Source of the DNA: the human T2T-CHM13v2.0 reference genome, Homo sapiens
DNA length: 64,000 nt
NCBI RefSeq assembly: GCF_009914755.1
Contig: NC_060930.1
Reading direction: 5' to 3' (one strand)
Shown: positions 47,652 to 62,928 of the stretch, in pieces
Position numbering within the stretch: position 1 is the stretch's first letter
Layout of the letters: each line of letters starts with the position of its first letter
Position numbers and translations under genes: made by a program
Notes under the pieces: model-generated
Database searches by the model: none
Seen by the model: the letters and a program-made list of their open reading frames with translations, nothing else
Told to the model about the DNA's origin: nothing

Positions 47652-47908
47652 CTTTAAATCCTGGGACACACTTGCGGAAGAAATATCCCCTTAAATGTGT
47701 ACTAGTTGTTCCATTTTTGCAGGACGCAGATTTGCAGTCTTCAGTATCTATCTCACAGATGTTCCTTTCATATCTTTGCAGACTGCTACAGTTACAATTG
47801 TGCGAAAGGGCCAGGCAGAGGCCATGCACTGATATACTGTGGTTCCCTAAGCAATAGTCAACATTAACAACACACAATCTGCCAATGTAACTAAGAGAAC
47901 AGCTGCAT
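47652..47908 (-). CDS. EYS: EYS (eyes shut homolog) internal coding exon, EGF-like repeats; likely exon 12
   Basis: Minus strand: acceptor tgtgtttcag|A at 47908 and donor AAG|gcaagt at 47652/47651. Open frame CSCSLSYIGRLCVVNVDYCLGNHSISVHGLCLALSHNCNCSSLQRYERNICEIDTEDCKSASCKNGTTSTHLRGYFFRKCVPGFK(G), recognised as human EYS. The 257-bp length fits exon 12 (c.1767-2023, from recall). Confidence 0.93.
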
Positions 47909-48238
47909 CTGAAACACAGAGAAATGAAAAACCCAATTAGTCATATACTTTATTTTGATATATTTAAGTATTTAAATCACACATTTATTTAAAAACACAG
48001 AAATAAATATTTAATGAAGATAGTTGTGGGGTGCATTTAAAAACTATTTTCATAAAGTGTCCATTCTTGGCAAAATTACTTTTGATTACTGTGCAGAATT
48101 ATGAGTGAAAATAACTTTGGTGCTGAATATATCTAGTCTCAAAAACATATTCTGCCACTTAATTGCTATGTTAGCTGGGATAACATCATGAACTCTGCCT
48201 ATGCTAATGTGTGTGTCTGTGTGTGTATTCATATATTA

Positions 48239-48318
48239 TTAGGTTGGTGCAAAAGTAATTGTGGTTTTTGTCATTGAAAGTAATGGAAAAAAATCACAAT
48301 TACTTTTGTCACAACTAT
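48239..48318. mobile_element. MADE1 mariner MITE
   Basis: TTAGGTTGGTGCAAAAGTAATTG...CAATTACTTTTG inverted termini, ~80 bp. Confidence 0.9.
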
Positions 48319-51300
48319 ATATATATACATATATATAAGATTATTCAAACTCAGTTTGTCACTCAATGCAATTATTTAAGATGTAGCTGTAAGGCAATGC
48401 CAGGTATTCTTATATTATTCTTTAAATCTATAATATTTTGAATTTTAAAATATCTGTACTCTTGAATACATGAACATAATTCATGCATTCATTATTTTAG
48501 TTTTTTAGATACATTTTTAATGAATTTGCAAATTTCGACGAGATTTTCCCATAGTAATTTCAATTTATCCAATATATTTTTCTAGTAGTTTTTTACATAG
48601 TTTTCTTGTAAGTGAAGACAATTGTGAAATAATCTGCAATTTATGTAAATGTATTTTAAATATATTTTAGGTTTAATGTTGAGAACTATGTTGGCTATCA
48701 ACAAAAGTGGGGATATTTTTCTGGAGTTAGAGAGACAAATATTTTTCACTTTTTCCTTCCTTTCAAATACAGACGTGCACAGAAACACACACACATCTGT
48801 TCAAGGCCTAATTTATTTGATCATTATACATTGAACAACTTTTCTTGGGTTCCTCTATATCTAGGCATAGTTATAAGTTATTAATATAAATTCTTAGATC
48901 ATTTTAATATAATAATACATTATATAATATATCCATATGCATTTCTTTGAATATTTTATATACATACATAATTGAAAAAGAAAGCAAAAGATGAAAAAAA
49001 ATTAAAGTATCATGATTTTCAAGAATTCTTTACCAAGCATTCAAAGGGCACTTAACATTAGCATATAAATATGTCAATGGGCTGAGAAAAGCAATGTCAA
49101 ATCACTTTGCTTGTTATTATTAATAAAAATTAACCTACTGAACCTAAGTCATTACACTTATAACTGTATATGACGGTAAGCGTTTGGAGCCAGCAAAAAT
49201 GTTAAAGGTGAATTAGTTCAAGCCTTTCTTCTTGTAGTTGTAAAGAACTTAGCCATTTAATGCAATTTGTCAAGGATCACTGAGATTATTAACGGTAGGA
49301 AGTGTAGTGGATGCTTTGATGTGTTCAAATCACTGGTCTTGGAGAGAAAACTTTGGTTTTAATTCTTTTCAAACATGTATTAAATAAATATATTTGTGCC
49401 TGTTTTCTCATCTGCAAAATTCTCAGCTGCACATCTATTTCACAGAAGAGTATTGAATGCATTTTTTACTGGGCAAGTAACTGTTACCTACTATATCAAA
49501 CACCCTTCCAACAAAGTTACCTGAAATAAAATCATAGAATACAGTTACTTCCCTTCAATACCTTTCCTCTTCTCCCTCCACATACAGAAAAAGAAAAAAA
49601 AACCTAGGTAAATTCAAAACAACTGCCACATGGCAAAAAATTGTTGGCCTGTGCTAGGCCTTGTTTAACCATATCTTTGTAAATTGTTAATAGTGCTCTT
49701 TCACTTTTAACAGTGTTCTGATTGGGGTGGTAGATTACACGGGGCCCTATGTATAATGCCAAGATTATTACATAGTTCTGTGCCTCTACTATGCAAGCTT
49801 TAGTCATAATGCTGTTTGTTATTCCATGAAAATGAAAAGAAAATTGTAGAAAGTTCCTTCCTAAATGAACAGGATATCCTGTACAAGAATACGAAGGCAT
49901 ATCTTTATAATTCTTCCTGAGCTAATCTCTAGTTTATTAAATCTCAATAAAGGCATCAAGAGGTAGACTCTAAATTATATATGGGAAGCTTACGGCATTG
50001 AGAATATTTTTGAAAATTAAGAGTAATATGGAAGTACTAGCTCAGATACTATAACAAACAAAAACTGTACTAATTGAAAGAGAGTTTGCCAGTTAACTAT
50101 TAGGATCTTGCTGAAGTCTCTAATCTGAGCTGTGTGGAGATAGTGACACCTTTTATTAAGAGGAAGATTTAATAGGAGAAAATTTGGGGTAGAAACTAGG
50201 AATCTGCATTTGGCCATAGCAAATTTGAAACGGTAATTGACCTATTTTTATATTTCATTATATTTCATGTATTTTTATATTGACCACTTGATGTTTGTTT
50301 TATTGAGCTTTAATGTCCTCAAGAGAATACTTTTTCTTGTGTACTCGTCTTTTTAAAATTTGACGAGTTGTGGTTAGAGCAACAACCTACTTGTTCCCAA
50401 TTTTTGAATTTTTCAAATTTTATTTTTGACACAACTTAGGCACATTCCCTTATTGTTTAGCATTACCATTTCTATATCAACCTACCTACAATACAAACCT
50501 ACCTACACATACATATTTATATATATATATATTTAAATTCTCAAAAATGATTATATCTTAGTAATATATAATGCTCTGAAATTTTATCTTTCCATTTAAT
50601 GATATGTCTGAGATACCAATCCAAATTAGCACATTTTGTTTTCAAAGGTTGCAAATATTCTATTATATGAATGTACCATAATATTTCACCCTCAGAAGGC
50701 ACTGTAGTTACTATGCGTTTTAATTTGTTGTGTTAATATTTATACAGAAATGGAAGTCCTTGTACAAATATATCAGTGGATTCTATAGAGAGGATCCATA
50801 GGATAAATCCCTTGCAAAATTGGCCCTAATCAAAAGGAAATCAAGTGTTTAATTTTAATAGTTCTTATCAAAGCCCTCTCTATAAAGGTTGATGTTCAGA
50901 ATGCCGGGCTTCCCAAACACTGGAGAGTTCTGCATATCATAAAATGTTTTAGTATTTGCCAGTCTGATTAAAAAATCTGTCCTATTTTGCTATGATTTTT
51001 ATGTGTTTAATTCATGAATTGCACTTTTTTTGCAAAGTTACTGGTCATTTACCTTTTTGTTTTCCTAATAACAACCTATTTTTGGTAATTTTTCTACAAT
51101 AAATAACATATTTTTAACACTAATTTTATAATTAGCACAAAAGAAAATCAGATATCAACACTTCCTTTTCCTTTGCACCACATCCTTCCCCTGACCCCCC
51201 CCAAAAAACAACTTGGCAGTCTATTGCTTTCTAATGGCCATTGTTTGAAAGCTCATTGGGATGTTCTTAGGAAAGTGTCGCTTCTGATGCATTGGAAGTA

Positions 51301-53001
51301 GTCCAAAATTTCTGAAATGCCAGGCGTTTTGGTTTTAAATTTATTTCCAAGTTTTAATATTCTGGTTTATTTTAATTTATATTTTCATCAAATACTATGT
51401 AAATATTCCATAATAATGCAAATATTTCTTATAGAATAACTATAGTGTCTTCTGAGGGTCAAATATTACAGTGCGTTTCCATTTCTAACTCATCCTGCCA
51501 CCTATATAAGATGTTTAACTATTTTTGTGTTTTCATTTATCTCAATATTTCCAAATAAAATATTTTACATTTATTACTTAATAAAAAAGCACATTTAAAC
51601 ATTATTCATTGATGTCATCCTATGGAAGAGAAGTATTTACATTTCTTACACTGCTCCTTACCCCAAAACACACACACACAGACACACAGATAAACACACC
51701 AAGCCCTTATATCATTCTCCCAATATAAAATTAGGTTAATTTTGTAATAAATTAACATTCATTTTATATAATTATGTGTTTAGTGATATCATTTGTAGCT
51801 GAAAGAGGTCGTATGCATTTACTTTTACAGAACATTTTTGTTTTCCTGGCAGTTTTTAATCACTATATTTTTAGTTTTGTTTACTTATTCTAAGCATCCA
51901 GTCATCATTACTTCCCCATGTCCCTCAATATGCAAAATACATTGGATATTCTCTCAGCCTCAGTCTTTTTGTCCTTAGAAATGCCTCTTCTGAATGGGTA
52001 GATCCACAGGCTCACTTCATAGTGTTTTCTGGGATGACTCTTCACCTTCATCCTGGGAGGCTTTACCGCCTGTCTTCTGGTTTGGATCCTCAGTTTCCTA
52101 AATTCCTCATCTTTTCCTTACTTGACTTCCTATTTTAAGCGAAGTATATTATTTTTAGGTTAGACCTCTTAGAACTAAAAATGTTCACATATTGTAGATC
52201 TGAAAACTATTTTTTTCTACCTTTTTCTTATTACTTTGAGGGCAGTAGTCTTAAGTTTTGGAGTTTTTTTCAAAAGTTTAACATGCATCTCTTCTTTGTA
52301 TTTCCTCTGAATTTTCTCCCCACCTTCCAACTGACTTTGGTCTCTGGCTGTGAAGTTAGAGAATTTCCTAACTTACATGGTTATGCTTGGCTCTCCACTT
52401 ATATTGAAAAATAAATCACCAAAAAATATGGTTTGAAATTCCATGTATTCATTGTGAGTGGTTTTCTAGTGACTTTATTGCACTGTGATCAAAGAGACCT
52501 GGCTGATTTGTTTAAGAACTCTCTAATTCTCTCAGAGTCTGTATTCTTTTACCTACATCCACTCAGTGACAGTCAGGGGAAGTGGCCTGACCACCCACAT
52601 TTTTAGAGCAGAATAGGGAAAAATACCTTGTTACCTTTGTTTTGGGAGTAGATTTTTACTTAATTTCTCCTCTGTAGTATTGCACCACATCCCTGGGCTC
52701 TGTGTATTGCTCAAGAATGGAACAGGCTGTTCGCACAGATAAAAGAGAGAATTCAGGAGTTTAACTGTGTGCTCATAAAGCTTTCAACCAATTCTTTGAT
52801 TTTCAGCTTTACCATGGTCCCACCCTCAGGAATGACTGATGAGTACAATGCCTGTCTTTCGAGTATTCGGCTTATTTAGTGGCTTCCCCTCTGCTACCAA
52901 CTTAGTTTGGTGGTTCTAGTCTTTCCTGATCCTTTGCATTTTAAATAATTTTTGTTAGGATGTTAGACACTGTAAATATTTTATTGAAAGTCTAGATTTT
53001 G

Positions 53002-53137
53002 GGCTGGGCGTGGTAACTCATGCCTGTAATCCCAGCACTTTGGGAGGCCGAGGCGGGCAGATCACGAGGTCAGGAGATCGAGACCATCCTGGCTAACACG
53101 GTGAAACCCCGTCTCTACCAAAGATATAAGAAATTAG
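53002..53137 (+). mobile_element. AluY-like left arm (split by the retrocopy)
   Basis: GATCACGAGGTCAGGAGATCGAGACCATCCTGGCTAACACGG diagnostic; left TSD GAAAGTCTAGATTTTG at 52986-53001. Confidence 0.92.
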
Positions 53138-53560
53138 ATCTTAGGCATCGCGTCATAGAGGAACTACACCTTCCAGAACCCTCGCGCCCTGCGTCGTGCT
53201 GGCACTTTTACCGGCCGGGCCTTAGAGCGCAGCCTGTAGCCGGGCGCCATCTTTGACGCTGGCAGTCTTGGTTTTCTGCTAGTGCTGCTGCTGCTGGGAG
53301 GACGACGGACGGCAGCGGCCAAGCGAGAAGAAAGACGTGGCAGCAAGCGGGAGTCGGGGATAGTGTCATCGGTTCGGGTCCCACTACTTTGGAGCTTGTC
53401 TCAAACTCCACATACAGAAAGCCACCGACCTTATTCCGGTATCCTACACCCATTCCCCACCCTCATTACACTCCCACCCCTGGCCCTCAGCGTGGGAGTC
53501 AAGAGCAACAGGGACACTTCCGTACTCCTTGTAGGATTGGTGAAACCGTAATGACGAACA
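53138..53560 (+). promoter_or_regulatory. CpG-rich 5' end of the retrocopy; candidate inherited promoter with ZNF143/THAP11-type and YY1 motifs
   Basis: The only CpG-island-like stretch in the window. ACTACAccTTCCAG at 53163-53176 (ACTACAnnTCCCAG, 1 mismatch); CGCCATCTTTG at 53245-53255 (YY1 consensus). Confidence 0.55.
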
Positions 53561-54291
53561 CCCCTAAACTCCCATAATTGGTGCGGATTCCTGTGGGGAA
53601 GGCCTATACTGTTGACATCTTCCAGGCCATCTCAAGGTTCTGGACCTTGAGAAGGAGGCTGTGGAACTAGAGATAGTGATGCTTTTTAGGATTTGGGGAT
53701 ATTCCCTGCCCAAAAAATTCCTGGAAAATTGACTAGTATTAAGTGTGAAGAAATCTTGAAGACCAGAAATTGGATCTTACTGAAAAACTGATTTTTTTTG
53801 TTTTTCAGATTATATTGTTCAGCTATGGAAGATGGATTTTTTTTCATGATCCTTTGACTCTCAAGTTCATCTTTAAATGAACTCTTTTTTTTGTTTTGTT
53901 TTTGAGGAGATAACTAACCCTAGCTGTCTCCAGTCTGACAAAGGTTATTTGAATGGACTTAATCTCCCAGTAGTTGGGAGATGTTTTAAAAACACATGCT
54001 GTGTTTGAATTGTGGCTGAGAGGTTTTCCTGGCAATGTGAGGAGGAAAATTTTTTCTGCTTCATTATTATTAATTCATGGATTGAGTGTTGGTTCGACCT
54101 ACAGGCGTAATAGATTGGAACTCAGTGAAGACACAGACGTTCCTGTTGAGAGCAATCAGCTAATGATTACAGTTTAAAGACAATTTCTGTGATCAAGTTG
54201 TCATTTGGAAGATTAAACCCATTTCACGAGGACTTGGAGCCTGGTCCTTGCTTTGAGGAAGCAGTGGCTTGTTTCAAGAAGCCACTTCTGA

Positions 54292-56727
<2,436 letters not shown>

Positions 56728-58323
56728 GAAATGATTGATAGCTGAAGGTGGTAGTGAGGACACTTTAAAAAAAAATCGCCAAAAAACTGGACTTAGTTTC
56801 ATCTATTGTAACATTTACCTGAGATGATCATTTCTTTAGTCTAGAATTTGCCCCAAATCAGAAGTATACCTCTGAATTATCTGTATGTGTCCTGGATTCC
56901 TTGGGGTCAGATTTTTAAAGTTACTTTATAACCATTTTGTCCATTTGATGCCATTGTTTATCATCTTTTGAGAAAAAAGTTCTGTCATACCCTTCTCTCC
57001 ACAAAAAAGAGACTGAGAGGGAGATCAAGTGAAAGGGTGCAAGCAAACTTAGTGACTCCTTGAGGTGTTTGTCAGTTTTGGCTTTTTTCTCCTTTGTTGT
57101 ATTCTTTATGTATTGTCTTGATGTACTTAATATTACCTGAGTTTGAAATGGATGAAGACAGCTGCTACCATTAAGGACCAAATTTTATGCTACCACTAAA
57201 CAAAAATACCCACTCAGTCTGTGTTAGATTGTATGTCTTTTTAAAGGTATTTAGAGATTCAACTAAGCTTTAAAGAGGGCTGAGCAGCTCAGGAAGCCTG
57301 TAATGTGGGCATAACTCTTTGGACCTGATCTTGATGCTTCTGCTGCTCTGTTGGCCTCTGAAGAGCAATATCTAATTTATTATTACTGTAATTTTTTAAA
57401 AGGCTTTAAAGTGCCTCAGGGGTCCCCTGAAACTAATTTTCTATTTCTGGGATTCCCTGGATTCATTATATGAGATGGTGACATGATTAGAGGAATTCTT
57501 TTTTAGTATGAAAATTGTCCCTTTTCTTCTTCAGTACTTGCCTCCTTGCTGGCATTGAATTAACACAGGGACAAAATATGGTTAATTTTTTATTTCTAAT
57601 TCTCCCAACAAACCCCTGTTGCCCAGTATTTATGTGGTGGCCTTTAACCACCTGAGGGAAAAAATGAGCTTATTCAAGCTGCCAATATTTATCTATGGGC
57701 TGTAGCAGTACACTGAATTGTACTGTGCCAGGGATATTGAGATGCTCTGGGGGTATATTGTATACCTGCCAGTTTTCTTCATTTCTGAATTGAGTTTTCT
57801 TTTCTTGATGTTGGTTTCCTTCATATCACCTCAAGGTTTAGATTTGTGAAGGAATAAGCATGATGGAAATAATAGTCTTGAAAGGAGATATGTTGTATAT
57901 AATCAGGAGGAAGAGGAAGGAAGGACTTACCCATTTTGATATTTTGCTGTAGGTGGCCAGTTTTGTTTCTCATAGGGAAATCTGACCCCCACCTGTCATG
58001 TTGGCTCCTAAGGAACTGCTGTTGTAAGCGGCTCATCAAGAGTTGAACTTCACGTAGCCTTGTTGGGAATATGGAAAAGGAAGAAAGCCACAGGACTGCC
58101 CATTCAGTCTTGTTAAGATTGGGATGATTCTGCACAAGCAAAAATGACTTGAAATTTATGTATCGACACACCTCTACCAATCCATCTTCAGCTGACTGAA
58201 TGTTGTATGATAGCCCTTCTCCAAAGCAGGGGTAGAATGTTCAGGTTTCACCACGGATTTTCTACTTATTTCGCTTTTGGAATCAGCTTACAGATTCCAG
58301 GTCCCTTTTGTAGATATTCTTTA

Positions 58324-58719
<396 letters not shown>

Positions 58720-59747
58720 TCAACCTGATCCTTTTTAAGCGTATTTTTAAGTTTGGGAGTATGCGTCTAGAGTAAGTTTTTCTTTAGGGCTAATTTAATT
58801 ATCCTTTTGAAGCACGCCTCTTCAGGAGGCTCGAGGAAATATTCAGGGTGGTCCGCAATGCCTCCATTCTGGCTGGCTGCAACTCAACCCCCAGCTCACA
58901 AATCCCAGTAGCTGTTTTTGCCTGGCCTCACAGAGTTTCATTTCATGCATATGTAGCCTAATATTCAATGAAGGACTCAGGATAGCTGCCTGTATAGATT
59001 TCTGGAGTTCTTTCTCTCTGTGCCTCACATTTCAGCTCTTTTAGCTCCTTTAACTCTGATCTCTGTCTATTAAATTCAGTAAGTTGGATCTGCCTTGTCA
59101 TGGTTCCTCCTCTCTTACTGCAGTCTTGGAAGTGCCTACATCCAGAAAGCCATGTTGGTTCTAGGGCTTACCTCATTTCTTTTCCTGTTCTGAAGACTCA
59201 CACTTCTGTGCTGTGTCTGTTTTCTAACGTCTGAAAACAGCTGTCTCATGTATTTTGTCCAATTTCCTAGCTGTTTACAGCAGAGAGACAGATTTGGTAC
59301 CAGTTATTCTATCACATTGAGAAGTGATAGTCCCTAAACTTGCTCTAAACATGTTTAGATTTAATGTGAACAACTAATGTTTCCATTTTCAGTTTCTCTT
59401 AGCAGTTTTCAGGAGCTTCAATCCGTTAATTCTCAAATACATCCATAAATCACTTGGAATATCTTAATGCATTGTATGAAAGATAATTCCTCCTCTGTAC
59501 CCATCATCACCACTCTTCCTTTAAATTGTGGGATATGTTTTTCTGAGACTGTGGCTTTAGTGTGTACGAGAAAAATTCAGTTGTTATCCCCTCATTTTGG
59601 GGAGTAAAAATAATAAGAATGAGGAGCATTATAGTATCTAATCTTGTCCAACAAAAACCTAGGTAACTTTGGAAGTTTTCTTCTCTCTCCCCCACTCTCC
59701 CACTTCTATGTGTGTATAAGTGTGTTTATTGAATAAAGAGCCTTTTA

Positions 59748-60060
<313 letters not shown>

Positions 60061-61844
60061 GAATAAAGAGCCTTTTAGATAATGTCTTGCCTGACAAGTT
60101 TAAAACAACTTTCTTACCAGATATGCCATAATAAAAATCTCCAAGAAATTTTCCTTAGGCTACATCTCAATGGGCCATTTAATACTATATCAATAAACTT
60201 TATTACATAATAAGATCTTGGTGTTTATCAGAAAGGGATTTGAGCCAGGGTGTTTTAAGTTGGTTAGTATCTTGAGTGAGAAAGATCTCTGTTTTCATTA
60301 GCCTTCTCAGAAAAAACTCCCCCTATTTATCAGGAATGCAAATGTTTCAGATTGAAGTGGGTACCCAGACATAGCTCAACATTGCACAAACAGGTGCCAA
60401 GGGGAATCTGTTTCCTTTTCTATCTAACTCCAACTCCTTTGAATTTTTTTGACAGGTACTTAGAAAAACTGGGATTGACAAAGTGATACAGTTTGAGTTA
60501 TATGTTGCCATAGAAAGAGGCAAGTTGGCAAATATTTTGGTAAATCATTTCAAGATAGCTTTGAGGAGGTCCTCAAAGCTTAGTATTATACATAGAGCAA
60601 GAGGATTATATGAAGTATGAAGAGAAAATTTCTTCTGATTTTCTAAGGAAGATATTGTTTAAGATCCAAGACTAGAAAACCAGTTGAATAATGTAATAGT
60701 AGTGCTTGGGCGAATCAAACCTTTTGGTGTGTTAAGTTTAAATTCTCAGGAGGATCGGGAAATCCATGGAACCAGATGGCTCCTAATTGTTTACAAGGAG
60801 AAAAAAGTCATGCAGAGGTTGAGAATTGCATGGTATTAAAACCTATAGGGTTAAAAAAATTAGAAAAAACTAGTGTGGAGTTTGGAGTATTTCAACTGGT
60901 AATCAAATACAGAATGTTATGAGATAGCTGATGAGATATTCTTTCGTCAGATTTCCTCAAATAAATAAAGGCTGTTGATGGTTCCATCAGACAGTTTTGC
61001 GTGTAGGGAAATAATTAGCATGTGTTTTATCTCCGTTAACATATGTTCGTAATTGCACCCATACACTTCCTTAGAAGGGGAAAGTTGGCAGGCCTCTGAA
61101 ATGACATTTGTACTTCCATAGCAGAATTCAAAACCAACACTATAGAAAGCATCTATAGCTGCCTTAAAGAAAAAAATTGGTGAATCAGCCAAGGGTGATG
61201 GGAAACATGGGGCCTGATAGACTTGTCATATCTTGTTACAAATGTTCTCAAAAAAGCATTATTCATGTGCCTCTGCTTCCTATGACTAGATATCAGATAT
61301 CACCAAGTCTCTGTCACTGAGGAGCTTATAGCTTAAAAGGGGGACTTTTAAATAAGTAAACACACTAGTAGACATTAATCAGCTCACCAACCCCAAAATA
61401 TTGGAGCATTAGGAAGAACTGAATTCGAATCTTTGCTCTGGTACTTAAAGTGTGATTATGGGAATGTGTTTTAATTTTAATGAACATCAGTTCCCATCTC
61501 AGTTAATAGCAACCAAGCTTCCCGGTAAAAATTCTATGGTTATCCTTTATGTATCTTTCCCCTTGCCTCTTACTGCCAATTTAGCAGCACGTCCAATTGA
61601 TCCTACTTTCAAACAGACGTGACTACTTCTCTCCCTTTCACAGTGACATCCAAGGCCCCAACATCTATTGCCTAGACAATTGGCCTCCAGTCTACTTCTA
61701 CTTTTGTCTTCCTCCCCTTGATCCCTGTTCAATTTTTCTTGGTTGAATAGCCATATTGATCCTTTCAGTATGCATTGGATCACAATACTATCTTGCTCCA
61801 ACCCCTTCAGGTCCCTCCCATTGCACTGGACTATACACACTCTT

Positions 61845-62137
<293 letters not shown>

Positions 62138-62174
62138 CTAGCTATCTATCTATAGATATAGATATATCTGGGAT

Positions 62175-62290
62175 TAGTGGTGACCAGCTTCCAAGATGAC
62201 CCTCAATGATCCTGCCTGCCTCTGAGTACCCACACTCTTGTGAAGTTCCCTCCCTCACACACTATGCCAGGGTTAGTCTGTTTGACTAAC
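62175..62290 (+). mobile_element. Truncated MLT1E/F-like LTR start
   Basis: CAGCTTCCAAGATGACCCTCAATGATCCTGCC. Confidence 0.5.
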
Positions 62291-62889
62291 CCTGGTTAGT
62301 CAAAAACAAAAACAAGGAAATAAAAAAACCCAAACTCTTCAGTATGCCCTTCAAGGCTCCATGTGACCTTGTCGTGTCTACCTCTTCTGCCTCATCTGAA
62401 CCTTAGCTCTTTCCACACCCTTCTCATTCTGCTACAGTCATCTAGTCCTTACTGTTCTATGAGCAGCTCATTTGCTAAGCACATTTCTTCTCCAAGGAGT
62501 GGCTCCATTTCTCGAGCGATTCCCATTTCCACTGGCTGGTTTATCATTATCATATAAGCTCCATGTCTAACTCAAGTGTTACCACTTCAAATGGGTTTTC
62601 ACCATCCTAGCTAAAATAGCAGCCACTGTCTCTCTTGCTCTGTTTTATATCTTCGTGGCAATATTGCCAACTGAAATTTTATTATTATTATTTTAAAATA
62701 TTATTTATTTCTTACTAGAAGGTTAGTTCTGTAATGACCAACTTTTCCTGTCGTGTTCACTATTGTTTTCCAAGCACATAATCGATACCCATTAAATATC
62801 TGTCAAATGAATACGTAATTTTTAATGGGGATGATGAATAAAATATTATTTTTTGAGGAGGGAATAAAAGAAAATAAGTATATCTATAA

Positions 62890-62928
62890 ATACTACACTT
62901 GATCTTAGCCAAAAGGCCGAGAAGCGAT
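62890..62928 (-). pseudogene. U2 snRNA 5' fragment (nt 1-39), tailless retropseudogene
   Basis: Reverse complement ATCGCTTCTCGGCCTTTTGGCTAAGATCAAGTGTAGTAT is the U2 5' end; TSD GTATATCTATAAATACT at 62878-62894 and 62931-62947. Confidence 0.95.

Noticed and set aside
47623-47877. 84-aa ORF as a standalone gene
   Set aside because: It is the EYS exon read from an internal TTG through the GC donor into the intron.
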